A stretch of 50,722 bases of DNA from Candidatus Moraniibacteriota bacterium (GTDB lineage Bacteria; Patescibacteriota; Minisyncoccia; Moranbacterales; UBA2206): contig JAUSNP010000004.1 in NCBI GenBank assembly GCA_030645735.1, positions 76,739-127,460 on the forward strand, given 5' to 3'. The notes under the pieces were generated by a model. The model was not told where the DNA came from. It made no database searches and was given only the letters and a program-made list of their open reading frames with translations. The number at the start of each line of letters is the position of its first letter. The stretch's first letter is position 1. Below, one piece after another: positions 8,455 through 18,005 of this stretch. The position numbers and the translations under genes are program-made.

Positions 8455-10143
8455 CTATTGTTTGCGTATCTTCTCCGTCACCCAAAAATCACCGAAATAA
8501 TTTTTGGTCATGATGCGAGTCTGGGAATCGATGGCTGGGAAAGCTGAGAAGATGGCGATGACTGGAAATAGCAAATATTGAAACAACATATTGAAATAGC
8601 GGGTCCAATGATATTTTTCCGGTTTCGGCGGCAGAGACAACATTGAAAGCGGAATGGACACCAACATACCCATCAAAGAAATCTGCATCAGATATTGCGT
8701 GATCATCGGCAGGTTGTGCGCCAAGACGCTGGTGCGGAAAATTTCTCCACCCAAGGCCAAAGGCAACCAACCTAGGAACGCCAACACGAAAGCGGTAGTC
8801 GCCCAAGTGTAGTGACCTTCCAACATTTCAAAGGAAATGCGCAACTTCGTTTTCAAAGCAATTTTTTTGTTCGGCCAAATGGCGCGCATGGTCACCGGAA
8901 AATTTTCAATACCATAAGCCCAACGACGATTCTGTTTATATTGATTCACAATTGTCTTCCAATAGGTGTCAGCCAACACGGCGTCCAATGAAATCGGCAA
9001 ATGGATTGGATGGACTTCATAGGCGCCGTCATACATCGACAAACATTTCCAATAGATGTTGGAGTCTTCACTGATGATGTTGACTGACCAAAAACCGACT
9101 TTGACCAATGTATCAAACGGTTCGGAATGCGAAGAAAAAGTCACCATCTCGCGGCGCGTGCTTTGATAGAGATGCCAGAAAGATGAACCCGTCACAATCA
9201 TACGCACCACTGCATTGGTGTCCCACAGGGTGTTGTGATAGACCGGAATCGGTTGATAGGCGCGTTGCAATCGCATTGGCGTGGTGATGTAGGCATAGGT
9301 CAATGCGGCAAAATATTCTGGATGCGCTACGGAGTCACAATCAAAATTGGAGAAGATAACTTTTTTGAAATCTACATTTCGTTCATTCAAATAGTTCACC
9401 AAATATTTGGCCGCATAAGTTGCATTGGATGCTTTGCATTTCATTTCACCCTCAGCCACCACATGAGTGGTCACAATGAAGTCGCGAAAAACGCCTTTGA
9501 ATTTGTTTTGTAGATATTCAACTTTAGCCAAGCGGGTTTCTGGATTCTCGCGCTCCTCCGTGCCCAACACCACAATCATCTGGCTCTTGGGGAAATTAGC
9601 ATCCATCAAAGATTGGATAGCTGGTTCGATGATTTCCGCTGGTTCATTGGCCGTCGGCAAAAAAACCACGTGCACGATCGAGCGCCAATCCCAAATTTCG
9701 TCTTTGATCGGAATCAGTTTTTCCACTTCACGCAAAAATTCAACATCTTGTTTGATTTTTTTCTTGACCGCTCGTTTCTGACCAAAACTAAAAAAAGAAA
9801 TTTCTCGCAAAGATTCTCGCATCAACTGAATGTGCGCTATCAAGTCTTGCGCATACGCCTCCGGATGCACAATGTTTTGGCAACGCCCCCACCAATCAAT
9901 TTTCTTGCCTTCCCGCATTTTGAAATGCGCTTCCACAGAATAATAGGTGATGAAAATAATTTTCAAAATGAAATAGATATCAAACACAATGATCGCAATC
10001 GCTGCCACCGCCGGAAAATACATCGAACCTACAATCATCAAAAAGAAAGTGGACCAAGTCATAGCCCCCGGAATAATCTCAAAAAAGCGCTGTTTTTTGC
10101 GCTCCTCGGGGACAGTCGTTTTTGGATCTGGGAATTTATACAT
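8455..10143 (-). CDS. Membrane glycosyltransferase family 2 (processive type)
   Basis: DCD, ISED and QNRRW motifs with flanking TM helices. Confidence 0.88.
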   Translation of the reverse strand: MYKFPDPKTTVPEERKKQRFFEIIPGAMTWSTFFLMIVGSMYFPAVAAIAIIVFDIYFILKIIFITYYSVEAHFKMREGKKIDWWGRCQNIVHPEAYAQDLIAHIQLMRESLREISFFSFGQKRAVKKKIKQDVEFLREVEKLIPIKDEIWDWRSIVHVVFLPTANEPAEIIEPAIQSLMDANFPKSQMIVVLGTEERENPETRLAKVEYLQNKFKGVFRDFIVTTHVVAEGEMKCKASNATYAAKYLVNYLNERNVDFKKVIFSNFDCDSVAHPEYFAALTYAYITTPMRLQRAYQPIPVYHNTLWDTNAVVRMIVTGSSFWHLYQSTRREMVTFSSHSEPFDTLVKVGFWSVNIISEDSNIYWKCLSMYDGAYEVHPIHLPISLDAVLADTYWKTIVNQYKQNRRWAYGIENFPVTMRAIWPNKKIALKTKLRISFEMLEGHYTWATTAFVLAFLGWLPLALGGEIFRTSVLAHNLPMITQYLMQISLMGMLVSIPLSMLSLPPKPEKYHWTRYFNMLFQYLLFPVIAIFSAFPAIDSQTRIMTKNYFGDFWVTEKIRKQ

Positions 10144-10255
10144 ACGCTACTCAAAATAGCTCATTTTGGTCGAAAAGTCAATCCAAAATTAGCTATAAAT
10201 TTAAAAATATCTTATAAAACAAAACCTCCCTTTCATAGGAGGCTTTGCTATTATG

Positions 10256-10330
10256 TACCGCCAAGGGGATTCGAACCCCTGATTTCCAGGATGAAAACCT
10301 GGCGTCCTGACCGGGCTAGACGATGGCGGC
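10256..10330 (-). tRNA. tRNA-Glu(UUC)
   Basis: GCCGCCA/TGGCGGT acceptor, CCAGG-TT-TTC-AT-CCTGG. Confidence 0.95.
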
Positions 10331-10391
10331 ATGTCTAACAAATATAACAGTAGGAATAATAGCATGAAGTCAAAAATAAATCAAGGGCTAA

Positions 10392-12461
10392 CTACAGTTC
10401 ATCAATAATTTTACGAGCTTCATCCTGTGTTTCTTGTTTTTTAAAAATTTTATTTTCAAGAAGTTTTTCACCTATTTCCCTTCTTTTTTCAAGCGAAAGT
10501 CCAGCATGACCCATCGCAACTTCTTCGGGAGTTATTTGTTTGCCAACTTCAATTGTTCCGTCATCATTAACATTGATACATTCATATACATTCCTATCGA
10601 GAGTCATAATATACAGTGGAATATTTCGCTTACTCGCAACAGCAAAACGTTCTTTATAAGAATCCACTATGGCTTTGAGATTATGCCTATTAGAACCCTT
10701 ATCTATCCCGGAGCCAAAAAATTCTGGCATTTCCTCTGAAAGATGCCTAACATCCTCAACCTTGCCAGCCCAAAAGCGCCCATTTTCATCCTGCTCAGCA
10801 TGTTGGAAAAAACCAAAAACTTCTGGATTATTGACAACAACCTCGTTCATCACGACATGTTCTCCAAAGCGCTCATAAGTCTTCCTTGATGACTCATCTT
10901 TTCGACCAACTACTTTATCAATTTCTTCAATTGATGATTTTTCTCCTCCTCTTTTTTTAATTCCATATGCGTGTGTTCCAGCATCACCAGTTGAAGCTTC
11001 CCCGATTTGCCCACCCCCGAATAAAAATCCACTTGCTCCTGGCCATAAATTTGCTTTCTCTCCTGGCGTAACTGATGAAGCGGAAACAGATGGTTCCAAT
11101 GCAAGCATTATATCAATGTCGTCCTGATAGGTTGTCTCACTGGAAACATTTGAATTTGCATTATGCCTCAAGCTTTCTCGTTCTTCTATCTTATGCACAA
11201 GAAAAACATTATTGCGCTTCATTACATTCTCAAGTGAACGATTCAGTGTGTCAAAGCGCTCTCTTGCCAATCCTTCAGCTTTATCATAATGCTCTTTTAT
11301 CTTTTCTTTTATTGATTTTAGCTTTTCACTATTTTCGATAAGTTGAGCTACATTTTCTTTTTCCATTTGAGCATCCTCCTGACTCAACTCACCACTAGAC
11401 ATAATTCTCTCAGCTGTCGCGCTCGCTTGCTCGCCTTGCATCTCAGAAAATTTTCCATATTCTGAATCACCTCTTTCTCCTTCCATATTTTCCGAAGAAA
11501 TATTCACAAAATCAATTCTAGTTTTTTGTAACCTAAGTTGACTACGACTTGCCTTACGCTGCTCGCGAATTTCTTGTGCCAGCTTTATGCGTTCTTCCAT
11601 AAGTAATTTTTTCGAAGCTTCTTTTTCACTCAGTAATTCTGGACTTTCCGTTACTCGCTCTTTCATCGCTGAAATATTTTCAACACTATCGACATCTTTT
11701 GAATGTTCTCCTTTCATATTTTCCTGTGACTTTAAATCAGTTACTGATTCTTGCTGAGTTTCTGGCAACTCATTTTGACTTGATAAATCCGTTGCATCAA
11801 TCATCTTCTTAATTTTGTCGGCATCTATTTCACTGACATTTTTCCATTTTGCATTCTGACCAGAAACTTCAACTATCTGTGAATGCAATTCAAGATATGC
11901 AGAAGAAGTATTTTTACCCTCAGCATGCAAACCTTTTATTTTTTCCTTAGCTTTATCAAATGTTTCCTGTCGATCAATATTTTCCAAAACGCCTTCGACT
12001 CCAGCTGCATCTATTTCTTCAGCTGACTTCCAAATATTCTGACCATTTTCTTGTTTCATAAGAAGAGAATTCAAAGCGACATATTCAGCACTTTCTTGTT
12101 TGCCAGCTGAAAACATTGTGTGAATTTTTTCCTGCCCGCTTCGGATTATTTTAGTAGGATTTTTTTCTTCATTTTTTAGCAATGATTGCAACTCTTCTTT
12201 TGCAGCATCAACCTCAGCAGCAATCTTTTGCAATTCTTTTTTGTCTTCGTTATCAATAGCCAATCCATCCTTCTCTGCCCTCGCCTCAGTTTGCGAAATT
12301 TCGTCGGCGCTTTCGGATTGAAAACCGGCAACTTCTTTTTCTGCCTCGGTCATCATTTGTTGTCGCGATTCCTCTGGTGATTCGACGCTCCGCGAAGCTT
12401 CATGATTTTCATGCGCTTCAGATTTTTTTTCAATTGTTGCCTGCTCATTATTCATGCTCAT
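10392..12461 (-). CDS. Large acidic hypothetical protein (coiled-coil N-terminus, globular C-terminus)
   Basis: 689-aa Glu/Lys-rich ORF, no motif recognised. Confidence 0.8.
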   Translation of the reverse strand: MSMNNEQATIEKKSEAHENHEASRSVESPEESRQQMMTEAEKEVAGFQSESADEISQTEARAEKDGLAIDNEDKKELQKIAAEVDAAKEELQSLLKNEEKNPTKIIRSGQEKIHTMFSAGKQESAEYVALNSLLMKQENGQNIWKSAEEIDAAGVEGVLENIDRQETFDKAKEKIKGLHAEGKNTSSAYLELHSQIVEVSGQNAKWKNVSEIDADKIKKMIDATDLSSQNELPETQQESVTDLKSQENMKGEHSKDVDSVENISAMKERVTESPELLSEKEASKKLLMEERIKLAQEIREQRKASRSQLRLQKTRIDFVNISSENMEGERGDSEYGKFSEMQGEQASATAERIMSSGELSQEDAQMEKENVAQLIENSEKLKSIKEKIKEHYDKAEGLARERFDTLNRSLENVMKRNNVFLVHKIEERESLRHNANSNVSSETTYQDDIDIMLALEPSVSASSVTPGEKANLWPGASGFLFGGGQIGEASTGDAGTHAYGIKKRGGEKSSIEEIDKVVGRKDESSRKTYERFGEHVVMNEVVVNNPEVFGFFQHAEQDENGRFWAGKVEDVRHLSEEMPEFFGSGIDKGSNRHNLKAIVDSYKERFAVASKRNIPLYIMTLDRNVYECINVNDDGTIEVGKQITPEEVAMGHAGLSLEKRREIGEKLLENKIFKKQETQDEARKIIDEL

Positions 12462-12609
12462 TTATTTTTTTTCTTAGCGCCTCCATGTGTTGCTCATCTA
12501 ATTTTCCAGAAATGCGTGCCAAAATATCAGAACGTCTTTTTTTCAAAGAAGTCATTTTGTCTTGAAAAATTTTCCAAGCCTGTTTATATTTTTCTGTTTT
12601 TTCTAACAT
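12448..12609 (-). CDS. Small basic helical protein (53 aa), overlapping the start of the next gene
   Basis: Read manually: MLEKTEKYKQAWKIFQDKMTSLKKRRSDILARISGKLDEQHMEALRKKINEHE*. Confidence 0.6.
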   Translation of the reverse strand: MLEKTEKYKQAWKIFQDKMTSLKKRRSDILARISGKLDEQHMEALRKKINEHE

Positions 12610-12701
12610 ATTTTTTCTAATTTGTATTCTAAATATACCACACCCGAGCTTCTTGGACGAAATATGCTATAATTCACTCATATCCAGCTAACTAGAAACT
12701 T

Positions 12702-13772
12702 ATGAAAATTTTAGGCCTTGAATCGTCTTGCGATGAGACCGCTGCTTCGGTGGTGGAAATTGATGAGACGAATGGCTCGATTAAGCCTTTGTCTAATGTC
12801 ATCTCGTCTCAGATCAAGCTACATGCCAAATGGGGCGGTGTGGTGCCAAATTTGGCTGCCAGAGAGCATCTCAAAAACATCCTGCCAGTCATTGAGAGTG
12901 GCCTAGCTGAGGCTGGAGTTTCGAAAGATGAAATAGACCTGATCGCGGTGACGCATGGCCCAGGACTCATTCCTGCACTGCTAGTGGGCACAAACACGGC
13001 CAAAACTCTGTCTTTAGCTTGGGAGAAGCCCCTGTTGGGCATTCATCATATTGAAGGTCATATCTACGCCAATTTCATCAACAAGAAGGACGCTGACATC
13101 AAATTCCCTGCCTTGTGCTTGGTGGTTTCTGGTGGGCACACGCAGTTGGTTTTGATGAAAAAACATTTGACCTATGAAATCATCGGCGAGACACAAGATG
13201 ACGCCGTCGGCGAAGCTTTCGACAAAGTGGCGCGCATCTTGGGCTTGGGCTATCCTGGTGGACCAGCCGTGGCCTCTGCGGCCGCCACTTGTGAATTCCA
13301 ATCTTTTGATTTCGATGTGCACTTCCCACGCCCGATGCTCAAAAAAACTAATTTTGATTTTTCTTTTTCCGGTCTCAAAACGGCCGTGCTCTATTTCGTG
13401 AAAAAAAATCCAAAGGAAATTAAAAACAAAAAATTCATCGCTGAAGTCGCTTATGAATTTCAACAAGCGGCCGTGGAAGTTTTAGTGACCAAGACTATTC
13501 GCGCAGCTAAAAAATATTCTCCCAAAACCATTCTTTTGGCTGGTGGCGTCAGTGCCAACACAGAGCTGCAAACCCAACTCACTCAAGCCATTGAAGACAA
13601 TTTGTCTAAGACAAACTTCTCTTTTCCAGAAATCGCCTATCAATTGGACAATGCTACTATGATTGCCACGGCCGCCTATTTCCGCCATAAAGCCCTAACT
13701 AACAAAAAATCTCTGCTTTCAACTTGGAAAAATCTGCAAACTAAAGCTAATTTGGAATTGCCTAAAAAATAA
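12702..13772 (+). CDS. tsaD: tRNA N6-threonylcarbamoyltransferase TsaD
   Basis: LGLESSCDET, GGVVPNLAAREH, HHIEGH, VSGGHT, DDAVGEAFDK, DNATMIA. Confidence 0.97.
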   Translation: MKILGLESSCDETAASVVEIDETNGSIKPLSNVISSQIKLHAKWGGVVPNLAAREHLKNILPVIESGLAEAGVSKDEIDLIAVTHGPGLIPALLVGTNTAKTLSLAWEKPLLGIHHIEGHIYANFINKKDADIKFPALCLVVSGGHTQLVLMKKHLTYEIIGETQDDAVGEAFDKVARILGLGYPGGPAVASAAATCEFQSFDFDVHFPRPMLKKTNFDFSFSGLKTAVLYFVKKNPKEIKNKKFIAEVAYEFQQAAVEVLVTKTIRAAKKYSPKTILLAGGVSANTELQTQLTQAIEDNLSKTNFSFPEIAYQLDNATMIATAAYFRHKALTNKKSLLSTWKNLQTKANLELPKK

Positions 13773-13776
13773 ATCG

Positions 13777-14340
13777 ATGCAAAAAATCAAACCTGTTATT
13801 TTTGGAATGTTGGCTGCTGGCGCCGCACTGGTTGTTGAATTGGTTCTGTCTGATGCCTATTTTATATTTTCCGGCCGAGAAGTCGAAACCAATTATTTTG
13901 ATCATATCACTTTGTTTTTATTTATCGTCGTCCTAATTGAAGAGAGCGCCAAATATATTCTCATCAAAAAATTATATACTGAAAAAAATGAAAATCACAA
14001 AATTTCCACTGCCTTTTTGGTTGGACTAGGCTTTGCGACCGTAGAATTTTTCTTTGTTTATGCCAATCAAAATTTGACTGATTTATATTCAGGCGCTTTT
14101 GGCGCCATCGCATTGCATTTGGCTACCACCGGAACCATTGGAATTGCAATTCTCGCGACAAAAAATTCCAATAGCGTTGCAATTCTAAAAACTGTTCTAA
14201 CTGCCTTTGGTCTACATATAATCTACAATTTAATGGTTATTTATAACTTGCCGTATGTACTGATTTATGTTTATTTAGCCCTTGTTTTCTTGACCTTATT
14301 TATCCTCAATCAGAAAATTCAATCTAACAGTAAAAAGTAA
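13777..14340 (+). CDS. PrsW-family intramembrane protease-like protein
   Basis: Multi-TM; EESAK, GLGFATVE, conserved His (ALH, GLHIIYN). Confidence 0.75.
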   Translation: MQKIKPVIFGMLAAGAALVVELVLSDAYFIFSGREVETNYFDHITLFLFIVVLIEESAKYILIKKLYTEKNENHKISTAFLVGLGFATVEFFFVYANQNLTDLYSGAFGAIALHLATTGTIGIAILATKNSNSVAILKTVLTAFGLHIIYNLMVIYNLPYVLIYVYLALVFLTLFILNQKIQSNSKK

Positions 14341-14347
14341 CTTTCAT

Positions 14348-14376
14348 TTGCCAAATAAGCAATCCTCTATTATAAT
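14348..14376 (+). promoter_or_regulatory. sigma70-type promoter for hsp20
   Basis: TTGCCA-17 nt-TATAAT. Confidence 0.7.
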
Positions 14377-14412
14377 TATCTTAGATAATAAACCTAATAT
14401 TTATATAAACAA

Positions 14413-14934
14413 ATGCTTAAAGTAAAACGATCTTTCTTAGAGAAATTGACTGGCTCCAGCCGAATTGAAGACAATAACGAATACGAATCTCCAATGAAGC
14501 CCTTGTCACGCATTTATGAGGAAGAGGAAGAGTCAGAAATGATTATCAGTCCTTCTTCTCGAAACAATGCCCAAGAAGAAAGCCTTGTTTCTAGCGATGA
14601 AAGTGAGGGTCAACTGACTATTGATGTCTACCAAACTGAAAATGACATCGTCATCAAATCCACAATTGCTGGCGTGAAACCGGAAGATTTGGATGTCAGC
14701 ATCAACAATGATATGGTCAGCATCCGCGGTGAAAGAAAAAACGAAGAAGTGGTTGGTGAAGAAAATTATTACTACCAAGAATGTTATTGGGGAAACTTCT
14801 CCCGCTCAGTTATCTTGCCAGTTGATGTTCTATCCGAGAAATCAGAAGCTTCTATGAAAAATGGAATCTTAACCATCCGACTTCCAAAGGCTGACAACAC
14901 CAAGACCAAGAAAATTCAGGTTCGTGGCTTCTAA
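14413..14934 (+). CDS. Hsp20/alpha-crystallin small heat-shock protein
   Basis: IDVYQT, AGVKPEDLDV, FSRSVILP, ASMKNGILTIRLPK. Confidence 0.95.
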   Translation: MLKVKRSFLEKLTGSSRIEDNNEYESPMKPLSRIYEEEEESEMIISPSSRNNAQEESLVSSDESEGQLTIDVYQTENDIVIKSTIAGVKPEDLDVSINNDMVSIRGERKNEEVVGEENYYYQECYWGNFSRSVILPVDVLSEKSEASMKNGILTIRLPKADNTKTKKIQVRGF

Positions 14935-14945
14935 AGCAACCTCTC

Positions 14946-14975
14946 AAAAAAACGCTCCCATGTGGAGCGTTTTTT
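14946..14975 (+). terminator. Intrinsic terminator after hsp20
   Basis: AAAAAAACGCTCC...GGAGCGTTTTTTT. Confidence 0.7.
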
Positions 14976-14983
14976 ATATCTTA

Positions 14984-15016
14984 CATCCTGCCGGCAGGCA
15001 GGAATCCTAGGATGAC
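14984..15016. repeat. CCTGCCGGCAGGCAGG palindrome inside a CATCCT...AGGATGAC shell
   Basis: Same core as the insert in the tRNA-Ser remnant at 4984-5003. Confidence 0.7.
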
Positions 15017-15075
15017 AGTTTACAGATGACCGTTCTCGTATTGATTCCGAAGCGATTTTACGCTATTATTAATCC

Positions 15076-16371
15076 ATGGCAAAACTCCTAAAAATTGTTG
15101 CTCTATTTTGTTTACTGCTAATCAGCAGCAACTTTGCTTTGGCTGAAAATATCCCCGTTCAAAAATCAACTATCCAAAAAATAAACAACCAAACAGCTGA
15201 CATAGATCTAAAAATAAATGGTTCAACCTTTCCCCTTTCCAAGACAGAGTTGATTGGTTGGGTCAGTGAAAAAAATGAATTGAATTACAATCCAAAATAT
15301 AAATCCGAAATTGAGAATCAAAATATTTGTCTGCACAAAAAATCCATTCTGTGCAAATTGACTTTTGATATCAAAAAAGAAAATCATATCAAAAAATCCA
15401 CTTCTTTTTTTATTAGCACTGATTCGGTTGATAAGTTTTTAGATGACCTCGCCAGAAAAACCAATCGAGATCCAGAAAATGCTAAGTTAATTATGGAGGG
15501 TGGCAAGGTTTCAGTTTTTTCCTTGAGCCAAAAAGGCATTGAATTGGACAAAGAAAAAAGCGCAACAATCCTGATTAAATATTTAACTGGAAATAACTCA
15601 AGCAATTCAATCGAGTTGCCTTACCTTGAAAAAAGTCCCGAAATTTCTACAGGCTCAATTGAAAATCTAGGTATCACTGAACTTATTGGTGAAGGCCATT
15701 CCAATTTCAAAGGCTCGCCTAAAAATAGAGTCTTCAATATCAAAGTAGCTACTAATCGCTTCAATGGCGCCCTCATCAAACCTGGGGAAGAATTTTCTTT
15801 TGTGAAAATCCTTGGAGAAGTAGACGGTGAACATGGCTATTTGCCAGAACTGGTTATCAAACACAACAAAACCGAAGCGGAATTTGGCGGTGGCATTTGC
15901 CAAGTTTCCACTACGGCTTTTCGCGCGGCCATCTACAGTGGACTGAAAATCACCATGCGCAAAAATCATGCTTATCCAGTTTCTTACTACAACCCACAAG
16001 GCATGGATTCAACTGTCTACATTCCTAAACCCGATTTGCGTTTCGTCAATAACACTCCGTCTCATATCCTCATTCAAACAGAAATTGTCGGGACAGAGTT
16101 AATCTTTAGATTCTATGGTACTAGCGACGGTCGAAAAACAACCGTGATTGGCCCAACCATCACCGAAAGAAACCCGGATGGTTCTCTCAAAGCGTCGTTC
16201 ACGCAACAGGTTTTTGACGCAACTGGCAAAATGTCCCAGGAAGATGTTTTCAACAGCGCCTATGCTTCGCCTAGCAAATATCCGCACCCAGGAGATGTGC
16301 TAACCACAAAACCCAAAGATTGGTCTAGCAATGAATGGTCACAGTATCTCAAAGCCAACAAAAAACCCTAA
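15076..16371 (+). CDS. Exported VanW-domain protein with a putative peptidoglycan-binding region
   Basis: Signal peptide; PGEEFSF, GGGICQVSTT, RKNHAY, DLRFVNNT. Confidence 0.9.
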   Translation: MAKLLKIVALFCLLLISSNFALAENIPVQKSTIQKINNQTADIDLKINGSTFPLSKTELIGWVSEKNELNYNPKYKSEIENQNICLHKKSILCKLTFDIKKENHIKKSTSFFISTDSVDKFLDDLARKTNRDPENAKLIMEGGKVSVFSLSQKGIELDKEKSATILIKYLTGNNSSNSIELPYLEKSPEISTGSIENLGITELIGEGHSNFKGSPKNRVFNIKVATNRFNGALIKPGEEFSFVKILGEVDGEHGYLPELVIKHNKTEAEFGGGICQVSTTAFRAAIYSGLKITMRKNHAYPVSYYNPQGMDSTVYIPKPDLRFVNNTPSHILIQTEIVGTELIFRFYGTSDGRKTTVIGPTITERNPDGSLKASFTQQVFDATGKMSQEDVFNSAYASPSKYPHPGDVLTTKPKDWSSNEWSQYLKANKKP

Positions 16372-16396
16372 TCTCGTATGTTGATTACAGGTTTAG

Positions 16397-16425
16397 TTGA
16401 CTAACTGCTCTTTTACTGCTATTAT
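16397..16425 (+). promoter_or_regulatory. sigma70-type promoter for the tRNA cluster
   Basis: TTGACT-17 nt-TATTAT with extended TG. Confidence 0.7.
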
Positions 16426-16503
16426 AGCCGTATTGCCTGTGGGCAATTTTAATTTGCACTTGCGCTGACAAATCCGCGACTGGTTAGCAAAAATTGAAAA
16501 TAT

Positions 16504-16576
16504 GCGCCGGTAGCTCAGTGGATAGAGCAGTAGCCTTCTAAGCTATTGGTCGCAGGTCCGATTCCTGCCCGGCGCA
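16504..16576 (+). tRNA. tRNA-Arg(UCU)
   Basis: GCGCCGG/CCGGCGC acceptor, GTAGC-CT-TCT-AA-GCTAT. Confidence 0.93.
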
Positions 16577-16581
16577 CATAT

Positions 16582-16654
16582 GCACTCATAGCTCAGTTGG
16601 TAGAGCAGATCCCTCTTAAGGATATGGTCCCAGGTTCAAGTCCTGGTGAGTGCA
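16582..16654 (+). tRNA. tRNA-Lys(CUU)
   Basis: GCACTCA/TGAGTGC acceptor, loop CT-CTT-AA. Confidence 0.93.
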
Positions 16655-16682
16655 CTAAAAGAATAGTAAAAGTCTATAGTGG

Positions 16683-16757
16683 GGCGGCCATCGTCTATCG
16701 GTAAGACATCAGTTTGTGGTACTGAGAAGCTGGGTTCAACTCCCAGTGGCCGCCCCA
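16683..16757 (+). tRNA. tRNA-His(GUG) with G-1, C73 and encoded CCA
   Basis: GCGGCCA/TGGCCGC acceptor, TCAGT-TT-GTG-GT-ACTGA. Confidence 0.94.
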
Positions 16758-16775
16758 GTATAGATTTTTATTTTA

Positions 16776-16848
16776 GCGCCCTTAGCTCAGTGGATAGAGT
16801 ACTTGGCTTCGAACCAAGGGGTCGTAGGTTCAAATCCTGCAGGGCGCA
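16776..16848 (+). tRNA. tRNA-Arg(UCG)
   Basis: GCGCCCT/AGGGCGC acceptor, CTTGG-CT-TCG-AA-CCAAG. Confidence 0.94.
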
Positions 16849-16896
16849 CACGATTAAATTCGAAGTACGAAATCACAAATTCGAAACAATTTCTTA

Positions 16897-16926
16897 AAAA
16901 TGGTCTGACTTGTCAGGCCATTTTTC
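16897..16926 (+). terminator. Intrinsic terminator after the tRNA cluster
   Basis: AAAAATGGTCTGAC-TT-GTCAGGCCATTTTT. Confidence 0.65.
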
Positions 16927-16935
16927 AGCAAAAAT

Positions 16936-17625
16936 ATGCCACAAAAAAACGCTTGGGAAAAAGAATATCAGAACCCGCTTTTCATCACCAAGGGTGACAA
17001 ACCACAGAGTGATGTTTTGCGTTTTCTAAAATTTTTCAAAAAGCAGACTGGCCACAAAATTTATAATCTACGCGTACTCGACCTTGGTTGTGGCACAGGG
17101 CGCAATGCCAATTATCTAGCCAATTTAGATAACACTGTCTGTGGGATTGAAATCTCGCCCACTGCACTGTCGTTAGCACAAAAACGCGCTCAGAATCTAG
17201 GAGTTTCCGTGCAATACCTAGAACAAAGTATTGGCGAAAAATATCCATTTGCGGATAAAAGTTTTGATTTAATTCTAGATGTCACTTCCTCTAACGCGCT
17301 AAATGAAAGAGAAAGAGAAACTTATTTGCAAGAAACAGCGCGAACTCTGCAAAATGAGGGCTATTTATTTGTCAGGGCGCTATGCCGAGACGGTGACAAG
17401 AACGCCAAGAAGTTGATTGAGAAATTTCCCGGCGCAGAAAAAGACACTTACGAAATGCCCAGAAGCGGACTTGTGGAAAGAGTTTTCTCCGAACAAGACT
17501 TTCGCGCGACTTATGGAAAATTTTTCCAAATTCTGCAGCTTAGTAAAAAAACTGGCTACACCAATTTTGACGGACAACCATATAAAAGAAATTATTGGAT
17601 TGCCTATCTCAAGAAAATATCCTAA
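16936..17625 (+). CDS. Class I SAM-dependent methyltransferase
   Basis: VLDLGCGTGRN, GIEIS, PFADKSFDLILD. Confidence 0.9.
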   Translation: MPQKNAWEKEYQNPLFITKGDKPQSDVLRFLKFFKKQTGHKIYNLRVLDLGCGTGRNANYLANLDNTVCGIEISPTALSLAQKRAQNLGVSVQYLEQSIGEKYPFADKSFDLILDVTSSNALNERERETYLQETARTLQNEGYLFVRALCRDGDKNAKKLIEKFPGAEKDTYEMPRSGLVERVFSEQDFRATYGKFFQILQLSKKTGYTNFDGQPYKRNYWIAYLKKIS

Positions 17626-17630
17626 AAAAT

Positions 17631-17659
17631 GTAGAGACGCCCCACTGGGGCGTCTCTAC
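17631..17659. repeat. GTAG-type REP palindrome
   Basis: GTAGAGACGCCCCACTGGGGCGTCTCTAC between convergent genes. Confidence 0.85.
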
Positions 17660-17678
17660 ATTCAGGACAATTTATTTT

Positions 17679-18005
17679 TTATTTTAATTTAAAAATATCC
17701 TTTTTAGTGTCAATGTTTTTTTGATATTCATCCTGCCTTGCGGTTATACCCCTTAAAACTTTTTCAAATTTTGTCTTATTGAAAGTAGCGCTGGCTTTTT
17801 TAGTGTTCATATATTCTTGCTTTCTCACCTCGTCCCACTGATATTCATAGGCATATCCATACCAAAGATAACCGCAATATCCAATAGCCATAATAAGAAT
17901 CGCCAGTAAAACACACGCTTCTTTGCGCATAATGAAACAACTGATTTTTTTAAACAAATCACTTGGATTGATACCGCTTTGCAAATTTTTTAGATCTATT
18001 TTCAT
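17679..18005 (-). CDS. Small single-TM protein ending the pilus operon
   Basis: 108 aa, one TM helix, ATGA overlap with pilO. Confidence 0.7.
   Translation of the reverse strand: MKIDLKNLQSGINPSDLFKKISCFIMRKEACVLLAILIMAIGYCGYLWYGYAYEYQWDEVRKQEYMNTKKASATFNKTKFEKVLRGITARQDEYQKNIDTKKDIFKLK

Noticed and set aside
14341..14412. CIRCE upstream of hsp20, or LexA boxes upstream of uvr genes
   Set aside because: No TTAGCACTC-N9-GAGTGCTAA and no recognisable SOS box found by eye.
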